Assembly: GCA_951406725.2 (NCBI GenBank)
Contig: OX597816.1
Location: 148,676,001-148,740,000, forward strand
Direction: 5' to 3'
Origin: Octopus vulgaris
Lineage: Eukaryota
Length of the DNA: 64,000 nucleotides
Shown here in pieces: positions 40,247 through 52,966 of this stretch. The notes below the pieces were generated by a model, which worked only from the letters and a program-made list of their open reading frames with translations, made no database searches and had not been told where the DNA came from. Numbering within the stretch: position 1 is the first letter of the stretch; the number at the start of each line of letters is the position of its first letter. The position numbers were made by a program, and so were the translations under genes.

Positions 40247-41831
40247 CTATTTAGCTATGCTATTTTTCGTAGCTAATCATTCTCTTTCTTAAGAACAAAT
40301 ACAATCGTTAAATTTGAATTGAATGATAAAGGGTGAAAAGTTCAATTTCAACAAATTGTTGTAACACTCACACGCAAAAGAACGCACGCACACACACACA
40401 AACACACATACACACACATACACGCACAACTGCATGCATACATAAACTCACGCGCTTACGCACTGGCAACAAAAATACAGTAAATATGACATTTTCGCTT
40501 CATTTTTCAAAGAAATGTGTAAAACGTTAACAGGTGTGAAATAACAAATGTTGATTAAGATCTGAGAATCGAACAATCAATTATACTATTTGATTAAAGT
40601 ACAGAAGATCACTAAATTAAAACTGAAGAAAATGAGACTTTGTTATTAAAACAATAACGCATGTCGCTGAAGAGAGATATAATTAAAGAAGCGTTACAAC
40701 AAAGTTATTTCCTTTCCTCTAAATGTGGATTAGTAGTAAGCTTGTTGCAGTCTTTACGTTGTTGCTTTCTGTTCCTTTATTTCTTATTTAAGTTCTTTTA
40801 GTACATTCCAGGAGTGAGAATTTGTCAAAGAGTTTATCAAAGGGCTCCGCTTTTAATGTAATCATAAAATGTTTGATATCAGCGCATTGACTTTTTGACA
40901 TTTAGGACATGCAAGGTCTGAACAATTGACAGTTCTCTCAGAATTTTTGAAAGGGAAAGAAAAAACAATAAACCTACGATAGAATTATGCATGAATTGTT
41001 CGCTAATGTCATATAAAAGTCGAGCTTTTGTCTCTAAATAGAGGTGCTGCAGATTTAGTGCAGAGTGTGCAGGTTCATATTCCGTTACTGCCGCTGCTAA
41101 TGCTACTATTGTTGCTGTTGTTGTTGTTATTAGCTTCAAATCAACCTTGATTAAGATCAACCGTGACCATTCAATTCCATTTTCATATCCATTGTATCTA
41201 GGACTACAAAAATGATAGTTAATTCTCTTGCAAAATCGCAAAATCCCTCCCATCTTTATTTGTTTATGGGTTTTTCTTTTTGTTTTTTTAAGTAGTGACA
41301 GTTCGCCTAATATTTGATAGTATTTTTGTAGTTTCCTCAAAACTCAGATTCCGTAGTTGAGACTTACGGCTAGGCATCCAGTTTGTATTGATGTACTGAA
41401 AAATTGAATATGTCGCTCACAAAAAACCTACAACAGAACTCAACTACAGAAGAATCTCATTTGAGAACCGCGCCATAATTCGAAAGGTAACTACTGATGT
41501 TTCACAGTATCTTCCTTAGTGGTTTAGATCCTCCAACAATATCCTAGTTGCATTAACTTCGCATCCTAGAGTAAAACAAATACGAATATTTGCTGAGCCA
41601 AATCATTTCATCTTTATGTCACACTGACTGTGATCGAGTAGGAAATTAAAACTCGAGTTGGCTGTTGCTTTTGAGACAGAACATGAATGAGAAGACTTTC
41701 AGAATTTCCAATAACCCACAAGTCTATGAAACACATATTCACACACATCTACAAACGCATACACCGACACAAACACACACATATGCACACGCACAGAACC
41801 ACATAAATATACACACACATAAACACACATA

Positions 41832-42215
41832 TCTCTCTATATATAAACGGCAGTTTGTCTGTGCGTGTTTCTGTGTGTCTGTTTGCTTGTACCCTCACCC
41901 TGACCACGGCTTTCAACCGATTCTGATGAAACTTGACACACACATAGCCCAATGTCATAATTCAAAACTAACGCAGCGAAAATTTTGAAAAGTTCCACCA
42001 CTTCTGAAAAAAATCGATAAATTCGACATGGGGTCGAGAATCAGAAACACAAACTATATACTGTCTAGGGGACGCAACTCCACCTTTTTTAAATCTCAAA
42101 AAAAATTTACCATCATTTTTTTCCATTTTTTTGCTATTTTTTGGCTATAACTCTCTAAAAATGCTTTATAGTTATTTCCCTTACAAACCTGAGCAACGCC
42201 GGGCGATACTGCTAC
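41832..42215 (+). mobile_element. Non-autonomous Helitron
   Basis: 5' TC-tctctatatataaa, internal (tgtc)-like tract, ccgattctgatgaaact motif, subterminal hairpin cctgagcaacgccggg, then ctgctac (CTAG-like end). Confidence 0.75.
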
Positions 42216-42262
42216 ATATATATATACATACACATACATACATACATACATACATACATACA

Positions 42263-42293
<31 letters not shown>

Positions 42294-42843
42294 CTCATAT
42301 ACTTATTGCCCTTAGAAACAATGACTGACGCTGAATTTAAATTCAAGGCCAATTAGCTAAAATTCTAATACATTATTCATTAGGCCACAAGGAAAACACT
42401 GGTTCTTCTATGTTAGATATAATGTCAGCGTTTGTAAATACTCGCTGACATCACTGTTTTTGTTGTGTTTAAACTATACTAACTTTTGTCCTAATTCTTA
42501 ACACTGCCCAAGAAACAGGAGTCACAACCATAACCAAGAAAACAAAAGTCCAAGAATTGAAAGCATATGAAAATGTCCTTGCGTTTCTCGAAATGTTTAT
42601 AATAAAAAAATGAAGTGAATTTTTTTCAACCAGAAATTGAAACTGATAATAAGACTCAGCTCGTCAGTAGCTTACCTTTTCCTATCTATTTACCCACAAG
42701 AGTTTCATTTAAAGATTACTGTCATGGCAAAACTCATTCATACAATGAATATTTGATTGAATCAGTCAAAGTTAAGGATTAGTACACTTTATTTTATGAA
42801 GGCTGGTAAAATGCATTCTGGTGGTTATAGAAATACAGCCTTT

Positions 42844-42891
42844 TCTTGCAACCTTTTCAGTAGAGTCAAAACTACTGAAAAGGTTGCAAGA
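42844..42891. repeat. Perfect 20-bp stem, 8-nt loop hairpin
   Basis: tcttgcaaccttttcagtag-agtcaaaa-ctactgaaaaggttgcaaga. Confidence 0.97.
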
Positions 42892-43277
42892 CGCAGCGAA
42901 AATTTTAGAAAAATGAAAAAGAAATAAGTGGAAATTTTACTGGTGAGTGTGTTAAATGATAAGGCACCAAAAGAGAATGACTATCCCCAGACACAACAGA
43001 ATATGCTTCAACACACGAACTCACATAAATAATCTTGCAAACCAAATCCAAAAACAAACTATATCAAATTTGTTTATGGGAAACGTTTTGAATATGCCGA
43101 CCACCGTCTAATGACGCTGACTAGTAAACCAGTTTGTCAGGATTGCATCAAGTTGTACTGATATAATGTAGGATAAATATAATAATAATAATAACAATAA
43201 TAACCACAATACTCGGTTGACTTTCATACTGGTAAAAGGGGATAAACATCCCTCTATCGTACAGCTACTAATGTTAT

Positions 43278-43411
43278 ATCGCCTGAAGAAATGAATCAAT
43301 GATGATGATCAACCGGATTCCCACAGATACTACGGACTACACTGTAATCATCCCAGTAATACGGACTGTGATCTTAAAGGTCATGTGATTTGTGGAAACG
43401 CGCGTAGCGAT
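43278..43411 (+). ncRNA. Hammerhead ribozyme with canonical core and ~105-nt domain II
   Basis: AUCGC-CUGAAGA-[..CCACAGAU..AUUUGUGG]-GAAAC-GCGC-GUA-GCGAU; perfect 5-bp stem I, palindromic loop III; closing of stem II unclear. Confidence 0.65.
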
Positions 43412-43440
43412 CCATTAAATGTTTATGAATTCCATCCATT

Positions 43441-43500
43441 TTTCCCGAGCGTTAAACTAATACACCTGCTGGTTGTTCTAACCTGTGTTTTCTGATAATT
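43441..43500 (+). mobile_element. Fragment of the pLTR of the PLE at 28960-29572
   Basis: ttcccgagcgttaaactaataca is identical to the reverse complement of 28989-29011. Confidence 0.85.
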
Positions 43501-43649
43501 ATATATATAGTATAAACTAAGGGATAAAATATCCGTATATACTATTGGTATTAGTTGCCCGTGTTATCACCGGGCATTGGTGTACAGGCACATTATGCAT
43601 GTAGAGTGCAGGTAACAACAGGATAAACAAGAGTTTATCAGGAAGCAAA

Positions 43650-43863
43650 TACAAATAATCAGAAAATGGAGAAAACCCCAGATTAACGAACACATCGATT
43701 CGACCACATTTATAACTTATTTTTTAAAACGAAGCATGATATAACAAATAGGTGACGTCACCTATTTGTTATGCCATGCTTTGAATTAAAAAATAAGCTA
43801 AAAATGTGGTCCAATCGATGTGTTTGCTAATCTGGGGTTTTCTCCATTTTCTGATTATTTGTA
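43650..43863. repeat. 214-bp spacerless imperfect palindrome made of PLE-type terminal sequence
   Basis: 107-bp arms centred on gtgac|gtcac (43756/43757); third copy of the arm starts at 43925. Confidence 0.93.
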
Positions 43864-43924
<61 letters not shown>

Positions 43925-43928
<4 letters not shown>

Positions 43929-45605
43929 AATAATTAGAAAATGGAGAAGACCGCAGATAAACCAAACACATCAGTTGGACCACATTTATAGCATGACATA
44001 ACATATCTTACAAAGCATGACATAACATATCTTACGGCCGTTACTAATCAGATTGCCAAAATGCATTCTATCCATAAATGCAAGAATAAAATTCTTCATC
44101 TTCATAGGGCATTCGAATGAAGGCAACGGAGCTTCATCAGAGTGAAAAACGAGAGCATACAATATAAACAAAGGGAAGAAGGAAAAGGAAAGAAAATATG
44201 GCTTAGACAAACTCAATATGCTAAGAGCAAATAATTATTTACCAGCAAGGCTACAGGGTCCGTAGGTAAAAGAGTGAGCTAGTAAAAGTCTAGGGAATAC
44301 TACAACTTAACGGGTAGGTGCAATTTTAAGTGGGGGTCAAGATGTTTAAAAAAAGAAGTTATCAAGAAACTATATATAAGGAAAATACTCACATGATTAT
44401 CAAAGGGCAGTACCTATGCTAATGGAGTAAATTCAAATAAAAGTAAGCAATTATCGTAGAGAGCTAAAGAAAATATTTTACTCACAGATATTAATACCGA
44501 GAATCCCACCTATGATCCACAATGGGACAAGTCTAAGTCAGACGGTCTTTACAATTGGTCAGTTACAATTTTGAACCGGGATCACAAGTTAAAAACCGTT
44601 ACAATTGATTTATTTATGAAATAAACAAAAAAAAAAGAAAAAAGAAAAAAGATACGGAGGATAAGTCAATGTATTGATCTTAAGGGCAGTTTATGTCCTT
44701 CAGCATCTTAACGTTATAACAACAATGTATGAGGGAAGAATTCAGGAGTCTGCAGATTAGTAGTTAAGGCGGGGTGGGGGGCAACTAGTACTAGTAGTTC
44801 AACGGTTAGATGAACATTGCTAGGGAATGAAATTGGGCTAAACCTGGTATATAGAGAATTGTAGTAATAATTAGGTATATACAGGTATATAAGCAAAATT
44901 CATACTAAAGGTGCTCTACAATGCACAAATAAAATGGTACTTACAATTAGGCGGATAATATATAACGCCTAGTCACATGCTAAAATAATATCAAATAATG
45001 AAACTCCCTAGTTATCAGTAATGTCCTAAGTAAGCTTCATAAGCATTACATAGTCATTACAGTATATAGTTCCTATTATTATAAAGAAATTAAAAAGAAT
45101 ATAATGGCTCTGATGGGTACAGTTAATGCCGGGTCCACAGGAAGATTAGTACTATTAGAAAAATTACCTTGAATCAAGCAATGTACTAGATATGCCTAAA
45201 AGGCAAAATTAAATGCCCTAAGATAAGAAAGAAATACTAATTGAATCTAATCATTAAATTCCTAAGCAAAGGTATATTAACTCCAAGTGGGTGCAAAAAA
45301 ATACTTGTGGGCATATAGTACAATAAAGTAAAGAACAAAATATAAAACATATAATAAAAATCAAAATAAAATGAAAAGGATGAAAATATCAAACATGGGG
45401 GAAATAATGTTCACATGTATTTAGGGCTAACAATGTGGTAGAAAACCTAAGGTCTTTTGTGTTCTCATATCAGTTATGGTAGAGAATTAAAGGCATAATA
45501 CAAAGTGTTAGGTGATGATAAAATGGGGGAAATGTTAATTTGTGTAAGAAATAGGTAATAGATATGGGTGGGGATTTACATTTAAAACTTAGGAGAAGGG
45601 TAAGA
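43925..45605 (-). mobile_element. AT-rich non-coding PLE-related element between (TA)n tracts with a decayed hammerhead
   Basis: Minus strand 44145-44028: CU-CUGAUGA-..UUGCC..GGCAA..-GUAAC-GGCC-GUA-AG; extent of the body inferred. Confidence 0.5.
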
Positions 45606-45625
45606 GTTATATATATATAACTTGG

Positions 45626-45664
<39 letters not shown>

Positions 45665-45734
45665 GCCTGCGCTGACTCGTAGTCCTCATACTTGCAACAT
45701 CTTCAGGTTTCTTTACAAGTGTAGGCCGTCGGAA

Positions 45735-47178
45735 CACTCCCGTCGGTTTCAACACATAATGATCCGACGACCCACTCTTTCTTTGTCATCCATCATGCTT
45801 ATGTCGAATGTAACACATTTGAGTTCCGCCAACGATTCGTAAAGCCCGCAGATGTTCCAAGTATAAGGATTATGGGTCAGTGCAGGTGGTATATTTGCAG
45901 CCGCTTTACTCCTTTGCTTTGCAACCCTAATCCTATTAATGCTAGTTAAAACAAAGTCTCTCATACCATTTTGACACGACGATCTCCATTTTGTTCACCC
46001 CCAAAGTTGTTTGCTCAGAGGTGTTGTAAGCTATATTGACAGCTGAGAGGTTACTCTTCAGCCTGTCTTTATATCTGGGCCATGATCGACCGACATTTCT
46101 ACACCCACTATCAAGTTGGCTGTACATGAGAACTTCGAGTATTCTTTCGTCACTCATTCTGACGACATGACCAGCCCAGCGCAATTGCTCTCGATTCCAC
46201 CAATCTTACAATTGCTAAACAGTGGACAACTTCAGATTGTTCTGAGACAGCCTTTGTGGAAGACGCCTGGTTGATTAATGTGCTATCTGAAGGGTGTCCA
46301 CAATTCTGAGCCATACAAGAGGGTAGTAAGAATGGCAGCTTTATAAATTTGTGCTTTGGCGATGGTGGAGTTTGCCAAATGACTTGGTTGCTTTATCAAG
46401 ACTTGGTTGCTTTATCATGATTTCATCATGAAGGAAAGCACTCGAGTTAACTTTACTATCGAGATATGCAAATTACTTCACATACCTTAGGTTTTTTCCG
46501 TCAACCTGTATAAGAGTGTTGGAAAATTGTGAACCGGCGGCCTCTATTTGACACCTCAAATAGCTTAGGAGTAGAACAAGGTTGGTGGATCACTTTCGTC
46601 TTCTTCATGCTAATGGTCAAGCTGAAGGCTTTACATGCTGCAGAAAACCTGTCTAGAAGTCCCTGATCTTCCTCTAAGGAGGTTGCTACATGTGCGTCAT
46701 CGTCTGCAAAAAACAGTTCCCGTTTGACGCTGGTGCGTAGTAGTGAAACGCTAATGATTCAATAGTCCACCACTTGTTCAAAACTGGAATTTAACACCAC
46801 TTTCTATGTCACCAGAAGCATACTTCAGCATCTCTGAAAAATAAGGGAGCAAACAAACCAGGGTCCAGCACATAACTTTGCATTGTGCCGTTTATAACAT
46901 CGATGGAAGCTGAAGATGCCCCCATCGGACAAAACAGCAGCTTTCATTCCCTCAAGAAAGGAGAAAACATTCAACATTTTGTCAGTTATACCAAGCTTTT
47001 TCAGAACTTTCCAAAGCGCTTGCCGGTTAACAGTGTCGAAGGCCATAGTAAGGCCAAAGAACATCATGATCAGATCTTGATTTTTTTTCGCGTACCTTCT
47101 CAGCGACCTGACGAATGGAAAACATCATGTCGATCGTGCCACAGACAGAGCGAAATCCGCACTGTGATTCTTGATTGA
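45735..47178 (-). mobile_element. RTE-clade (BovB/Expander-like) LINE, 5'-truncated, decayed
   Basis: LTMAFDTVNRQALWKVLKKLG; ELFFADD near 46710; LRWAGHVVRMSDERI..LMYSQLDSGCRNVGR..RYKDRLK. Confidence 0.93.
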
Positions 47179-47193
47179 TGCCATTTATATATA

Positions 47194-47288
47194 AGACACT
47201 TACCGAAAGTGCAACGCAGTGGGACTGAACCCAAAACCATATGGTTGAGAAGCAAACTGCTTTTCACACAGCCATGCCTGCGCCTATA
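47194..47288 (-). mobile_element. SINE family 1 head fragment
   Basis: agacactt..cgcagtgggactgaaccc..cacacagccatgcctgcgcctata. Confidence 0.9.
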
Positions 47289-47841
47289 CACCGATGTTTC
47301 ATTTTAGGTTTACTATGTAATAGCATTATAATCTACTAAGCCGAATGATTATGGCGTATATCTATCTACTACCTGATCCCTAATACACTCCGACTACATC
47401 TCAAAGATGCAACTGAATTATTTTTAGTTATAGGTATGCAAAATGGAACTTCTTTGATATCTTAGAGAATGCAATAATACTCAGGCGTAAAGCACAAGTG
47501 GATGTAACGCTATATTAGTCTTAAATGTCTATCATCAACACTCTAGGATGTAACTGTTTCAGTAACAATACACGATCTTAGATGTTATATTATAACCCTT
47601 TCTCTCAGTTTACTGGCCTGCCAGGATATACAGTTTTGTGTATATTGTAAAAAAAAAATGACGGGTTTTCTTTCAAATTTTCCTCTATTTTTGAGTGTTC
47701 GTTAAAGCAGGCAGTAACAGCCAACAAAAACCAACAAAATGTTCTCAACATTTGAAGATTTTGCTATTAAATGGTATTTAGTCTCACTAAGGGGATTATT
47801 AATTCAGTCGAATCCTTCTAAGGTATGAAAAGCCAGCTATT

Positions 47842-47899
<58 letters not shown>

Positions 47900-48728
47900 T
47901 CTGTTTCGCTTTCTCTCTTGTTTATATATGTGTGTATGTGTGTGTGAGTATGCGAATGTGTGTAATGTAGGAAAACGTGAGACGAAAGCTACAACCAAGT
48001 ATTTCGGGAAACCCTGAAACTGCTGAAGAAACGAAGCAATCTCAAGTTCGGTTCATTTACAGATAAGACGTGAACAAAAGACTTGAATAAACAGATGAAC
48101 GGAGAACAATGACGTGGTTTAAAGGAACTATTCAACAGAAGAAACTGTTTAAATTTCGCAAACGAGATTAAATAAAAGGAACTCCCTAATAACAATTTTA
48201 AAAGATAGAGCCATAATGTAAAGCGGAAATAGGTGATAAAATGAATTCCATTGAAAGTCATATTCCGATGACAAAAATAACAACAAGCGTACAGATGGTA
48301 ACATCTTTGAAGCACAATGTCATGTGTTTTTTTTTTTTCAAATCCGAAACGTACGATCGAGCACATACAATCATAAAACTAAAGAAACACGAAACCCCAA
48401 AATATGTCAACATAAAATCTGATGTTTAAAAGGATGCATGAGAAACTATCTGCAAGGGATAATACGAGGGGAAACATCTAAAAGGTGTGTTCTGCATACT
48501 ATATACAAACATGGTACGGGTCACACGTAGTAAGTTGAAATAGAACGATTAAATGGGTATTGATAGTTATCGCCAAGCTAATATGGTAGTCCAGAAATGT
48601 TGGACGAATGCTGCCGTTGACTAGCTCCAAGAGGCCATCGCCTCTAGCTAGCTATGTGACACACGAACCTGTGTCCATTATAACCTTCGAACAGGGGAGG
48701 TCATCCGCTTCCCCTTGCTGGTCAGACA

Positions 48729-48771
48729 TCTGCAGACTAGTTTCAGGGCATTTGCCCCTTGTCAATGCAGA
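48729..48771 (-). ncRNA. Minimal type I hammerhead ribozyme, U3-A8 core variant, GUC cleavage site
   Basis: UCUGCA-UUGACAA-GGGGC AAAU GCCCU-GAAA-CUAG-UC-UGCAGA. Confidence 0.85.
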
Positions 48772-49407
48772 GCAGCCGAACCCAGCAGGCGTCTTATCAT
48801 CTAATTAGAAGCATATGGTGGTGGTGGTGGTGGTGGTGCTGCTGCTGCTGCCGCTGCTGCTGCTGCTGCTGCTCAGATTTCTTCCGGTAAGTAAGCAGAG
48901 AGGCAAACGACTTAGGGTGACCCATACATCTCTTATTCTGCCAAGTGTATTTACGCAAACATATTGACACAGAGTTGACTTTAAGAACCGAAAATGATTG
49001 TGCAATATATTTTAGGAATCCCTTAAGAAAGTTGAGAAATAGAAATAATGAATAAAAGGTTAAACCGATGTTACTTATTTTTGTCCTTGTCGCATTATAT
49101 ATCTATATATCTCTGTAGTAAATACATGTGCATTTACAGTAATACAAGGTTCGACAATTGTTATAGCACAAAACTTGTAATATTTTTCAAAACCTCTTAA
49201 TGTTTACATTCTTTTACAATTCTGTGACAGTTCGCTGATTTCAATGCCTGTTCAAAAATAATTTTCTCTTCGACGAAATCAAAACACATAGTAACATAAT
49301 AGACACAGACTGATCATAACAAAATTGAGGCTGACGATGACAGATTTTGAGATTGATGTAGATGAAATTGCAGTTGATGACATGGAATTTGAGAGGGAAA
49401 TTTTATG

Positions 49408-49477
<70 letters not shown>

Positions 49478-49559
49478 CATACATACATACATACATACAT
49501 ACATACATACATACATACATACATACATACATACATACATACATACATACATACATACA

Positions 49560-49590
<31 letters not shown>
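49408..49590. repeat. (GATA)n(CATA)n microsatellite
   Basis: Directly visible. Confidence 0.98.
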
Positions 49591-49591
<1 letters not shown>

Positions 49592-49727
49592 CTTCCTTCA
49601 AAATTGCAATAACAACTTCTGCACTTAACTTAGATAACTTAGGTTTGGGTGAATAACATACAAATAAAGCCCTCAAGTTGAAATAGATATTAAGACTTCA
49701 TAATGCTTAAAGACCTCACATAGCGAT

Positions 49728-49809
<82 letters not shown>

Positions 49810-49849
49810 TGTCTGTGTCTGTGTGTGTCTGTGTGTGTGTGTGTGTAAC

Positions 49850-51100
49850 AATACCAAAACTACATCCTAAAGTCTGGGATGCTTTCCTCGAGAAAAGAAA
49901 TACTTGCCCTGACCTTCTGAGTCTCAATTGAAGCCTAGATTACAGAACTTTTTACATATATGGAACGATGTGACTTGTTCAGCCAGAAACATCATAGACT
50001 TCTACCAATGTAAGGCCCTTCGACTCCATTCAAAACCCAGTTCAGCTGCTTTCTCATAAACACGAGTTTTTTTGCTTCTAGACTAAATCTAAAAGACTGT
50101 CTTTACCAATCAGCTGATTGGTAAGGACTCAAGTACCAGTACTTTGAATATACTGGTTCCTTAGGCTCTGGTACGTCTCTTTTATCGTCTTACCGACATT
50201 ACAACGGCATCAGCTTCTCTTGGATAGTTTACTGCATTCTCAGTCCAACCGATCTCTCTTATCACATGTATCTCTCATACTCTAGTTATATCCCAGAGGT
50301 ACAGAACATTTTTCTCGTTTTGTTCTGAATGCATTAGTCTACAGATGTTCTAAATTATTATCAGCTACATCGATGTTACCTATTTGGTAAAGTCTGAAAT
50401 GTTAATGAGCACTTCTCCCTCCTCACGAAACCAAAAAGTTAAAAACCGTTCGACCACGTCTCCTGAAACACTTCTATGATTTCTTCTGTTACAATTGTAA
50501 TGTTAAGTTAGTGTATTGTGGAGGCATCTATATAAGTAGAATTAATTTATCATAACGCCAGACATTTCTCTATAATTTACACCGGCTTCGGAGAAATTGC
50601 ATCTAAGTAAAAACATATCTCTTCAGCCAGTGCTAATATATATATATAGACAGAAATGATTAGAAAATGTATACATCAAGATTTGTATCATAAATAATAA
50701 AATGGAGTAAAAATGCACCAAATCTTAAGAATTTCTTCCAGTGATAATCTTTTAAATAAGACTTGTCGTTGATTCATGAATCAAATTCTTTCAAAATTGA
50801 TGAGAATCAGTCAAAGGTGACCCACGTTCAGAGCGACAGTTCACAAAGGAAACAGAGAATAATTTGCAGATTCAGAAGTCCAGCCGTTTACTGAGCTTTG
50901 TTATATAAACAGATGTGAAAAGTAAAATCTACTGCTTATAGTTAATGGCCATCAGAATTTAAAATTGACCAGTCGTAGACTAACATTTTCAGACAGCCAG
51001 AAAGTGACGAGTCTTGGACATTTATATTGGCTAGGTGACATCGTTCTCTTTACATGCTCCCTGATGAGGAGGAAGTCAATAAATATTTGATATTTGTAGA
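49850..51100 (+). pseudogene. Possible heavily decayed CR1-like LINE remnant
   Basis: Weak relics: KHHRLLP (QHGFLP-like) near 49990, HVQ..QFTK near 50825. Confidence 0.3.
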
Positions 51101-51129
51101 CGGATAGTGCGCAAAAGCCGGTCATATAT

Positions 51130-51401
51130 GTGCATCCAAACCTCCAAGAATTCCTTCCAACAAACGGCTATGATGCTCCCCCACTACTTCTGCTCGTGGT
51201 CAGAGATGCACATATCGTCAGCCACTAAAGGACATGGTCAACTGGTTAAGGTCAAACAACTGACAAGCAAATCTGTGGTATAGAGCAGGATATTTGCTAT
51301 AGCCCATCTTTTATACCAAAACAAAACAATGTACATGATAACACTTCCAACCAGTTAAGGTCAGAAACCATGAGAGCCACTGTCAGGTACTGCATCAGGG
51401 C

Positions 51402-51403
<2 letters not shown>
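51130..51403 (+). mobile_element. Unclassified (TTA)n-tailed retroelement 3' end, second copy
   Basis: Homologous to 13525-13790; its tail hosts LINE cluster 1. Confidence 0.8.
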
Positions 51404-51462
<59 letters not shown>

Positions 51463-51479
51463 GTTACTACTACTACTAC

Positions 51480-51507
<28 letters not shown>

Positions 51508-51510
<3 letters not shown>

Positions 51511-52373
51511 TAGTTTTATTTTTATAGCGTGCTTTTACTTCACTACCGAGCGCAGCTCTGTGCGCCTTGGGTATGTGCTGTGATTTGTTGTGATGCTCTG
51601 ATGGTTATTGTATGGAAAGTGTTCTGCGTAGGATGTGTGCAGTGCCTAGTAGTGCAATTTTCTGTATGTTATATGTGTTTGTAAGTCCTGGTGTTTTTGT
51701 TATGTATTTGTCTGAATATTTTTTTATCATGCCTAATGCACCTACTATGATAGGAATTGTTTGTTTTCAGATTCCACATTCTAGTTACCTCTATTTCCAG
51801 GTCTTTGTATTTTGAGAGTTTCTCCATTTCTTTTAGAGACACGTTGTCATCTGCCGGTATTGATACATCAATTAGAAAGCATTTTTTTTTCTTCATGATC
51901 TCTGACAACTATATCTGGTCTGTTGGCCTTAATTTCTCTATCTGTGTGTATCGGCATATCCCAGAGTATGGTTGCTTTCTCGTTTTCTGTGACCTTTTCT
52001 GGTGTGTGCCTATACCATCTTTTTTCTGTTGTTATTCCATAATGTTGGCATAGCTTCCAATGTATGTAGGTTCCAACTCTGTCATGTCTGTGAATATATT
52101 CCTTCTTAGCCAGGACTGGGCAGCTAGAGATAATATGATTTATTGTTTCTTGTCCATCTCCACATATTCTGCAGTTACTTGTAATATTTCTTTTCATTAC
52201 ATGTTTTTGGTAATTTCTGGTGGGGAGGCTTTGGTCTTGTGCTGCAATTAAAAATCCCTCTGTTTCTGCTTTGAGTCCTGAGCTTCTCAACCATTGCTGG
52301 GATTTTTCTTTGTCTATTTCTTTTGCGTTCAGTTTAGTGCAGTATTTACCATGAAGGGGCTTTTCTTGCCATC

Positions 52374-52376
<3 letters not shown>
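51508..52376 (-). mobile_element. R4/Dong-type RLE LINE family A, 5'-truncated
   Basis: WQEKPLHG..ETEGFLIAAQDQ..CRICGDGQETINHIISSC (CCHC)..RHD..NRPDIVV..LIDVSIP..KLSKYKDL; (TTA)n on both sides. Confidence 0.95.
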
Positions 52377-52451
<75 letters not shown>

Positions 52452-52487
52452 GTTATTATTATTATCATTATTATTATTATTATTATT

Positions 52488-52884
52488 CAGTAGTTTTATT
52501 TTTATAGCGTGCTTTCACTTCACTACCGAGCCAAGTCTGTGTGCCTTGGATATGTGCTGTGATTTGTTATGATGCTCTGATGGTTACTGTATTTGAAAGT
52601 GTTCTGCGTAGGATGTGTGCAGTACCTAGTAGTGCAATTTTTTGTATGTTATATGTGTTTGTAAGTCCTGGTGTTTTTGTTATGTATTTGTCTGAATATT
52701 TTTTTATCATGCCTAATGCACCAACTATGATAGGAATTGTTTCTGTTTTTAGATTCCACATTCTAGTTACCTCTATTTCGAGGTCTTTGTATTTTGAAAG
52801 TTTCTCCATCTCTTTTATAGACACGTTGTCATCTGCTGGTATTGATACATCAATTAGAAATCATTTTTTTTCTTCGTGATCTCT
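52488..52884 (-). mobile_element. R4/Dong-type LINE family A, short 3' copy
   Basis: Same 3' end (..taaaactactg + (AAT)n). Confidence 0.95.
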
Positions 52885-52891
52885 AATATTA

Positions 52892-52965
<74 letters not shown>

Positions 52966-52966
<1 letters not shown>

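Noticed and set aside
40879-41340. 153-aa minus-strand ORF
   Set aside because: Non-ATG start, low-complexity middle, overlaps a repeat fragment, no recognisable domain.
49337-49408. Acidic mini-ORF MTDFEIDVDEIAVDDMEFEREIL
   Set aside because: Only ~24 codons running into (GATA)n; no splice or homology support.
51058-51110. CTGATGA motifs at 51061, 41922, 2058 and 60566 (minus) as hammerheads
   Set aside because: No matching stem II, GAAA or stem I; some lie in RT codons or the Helitron motif.
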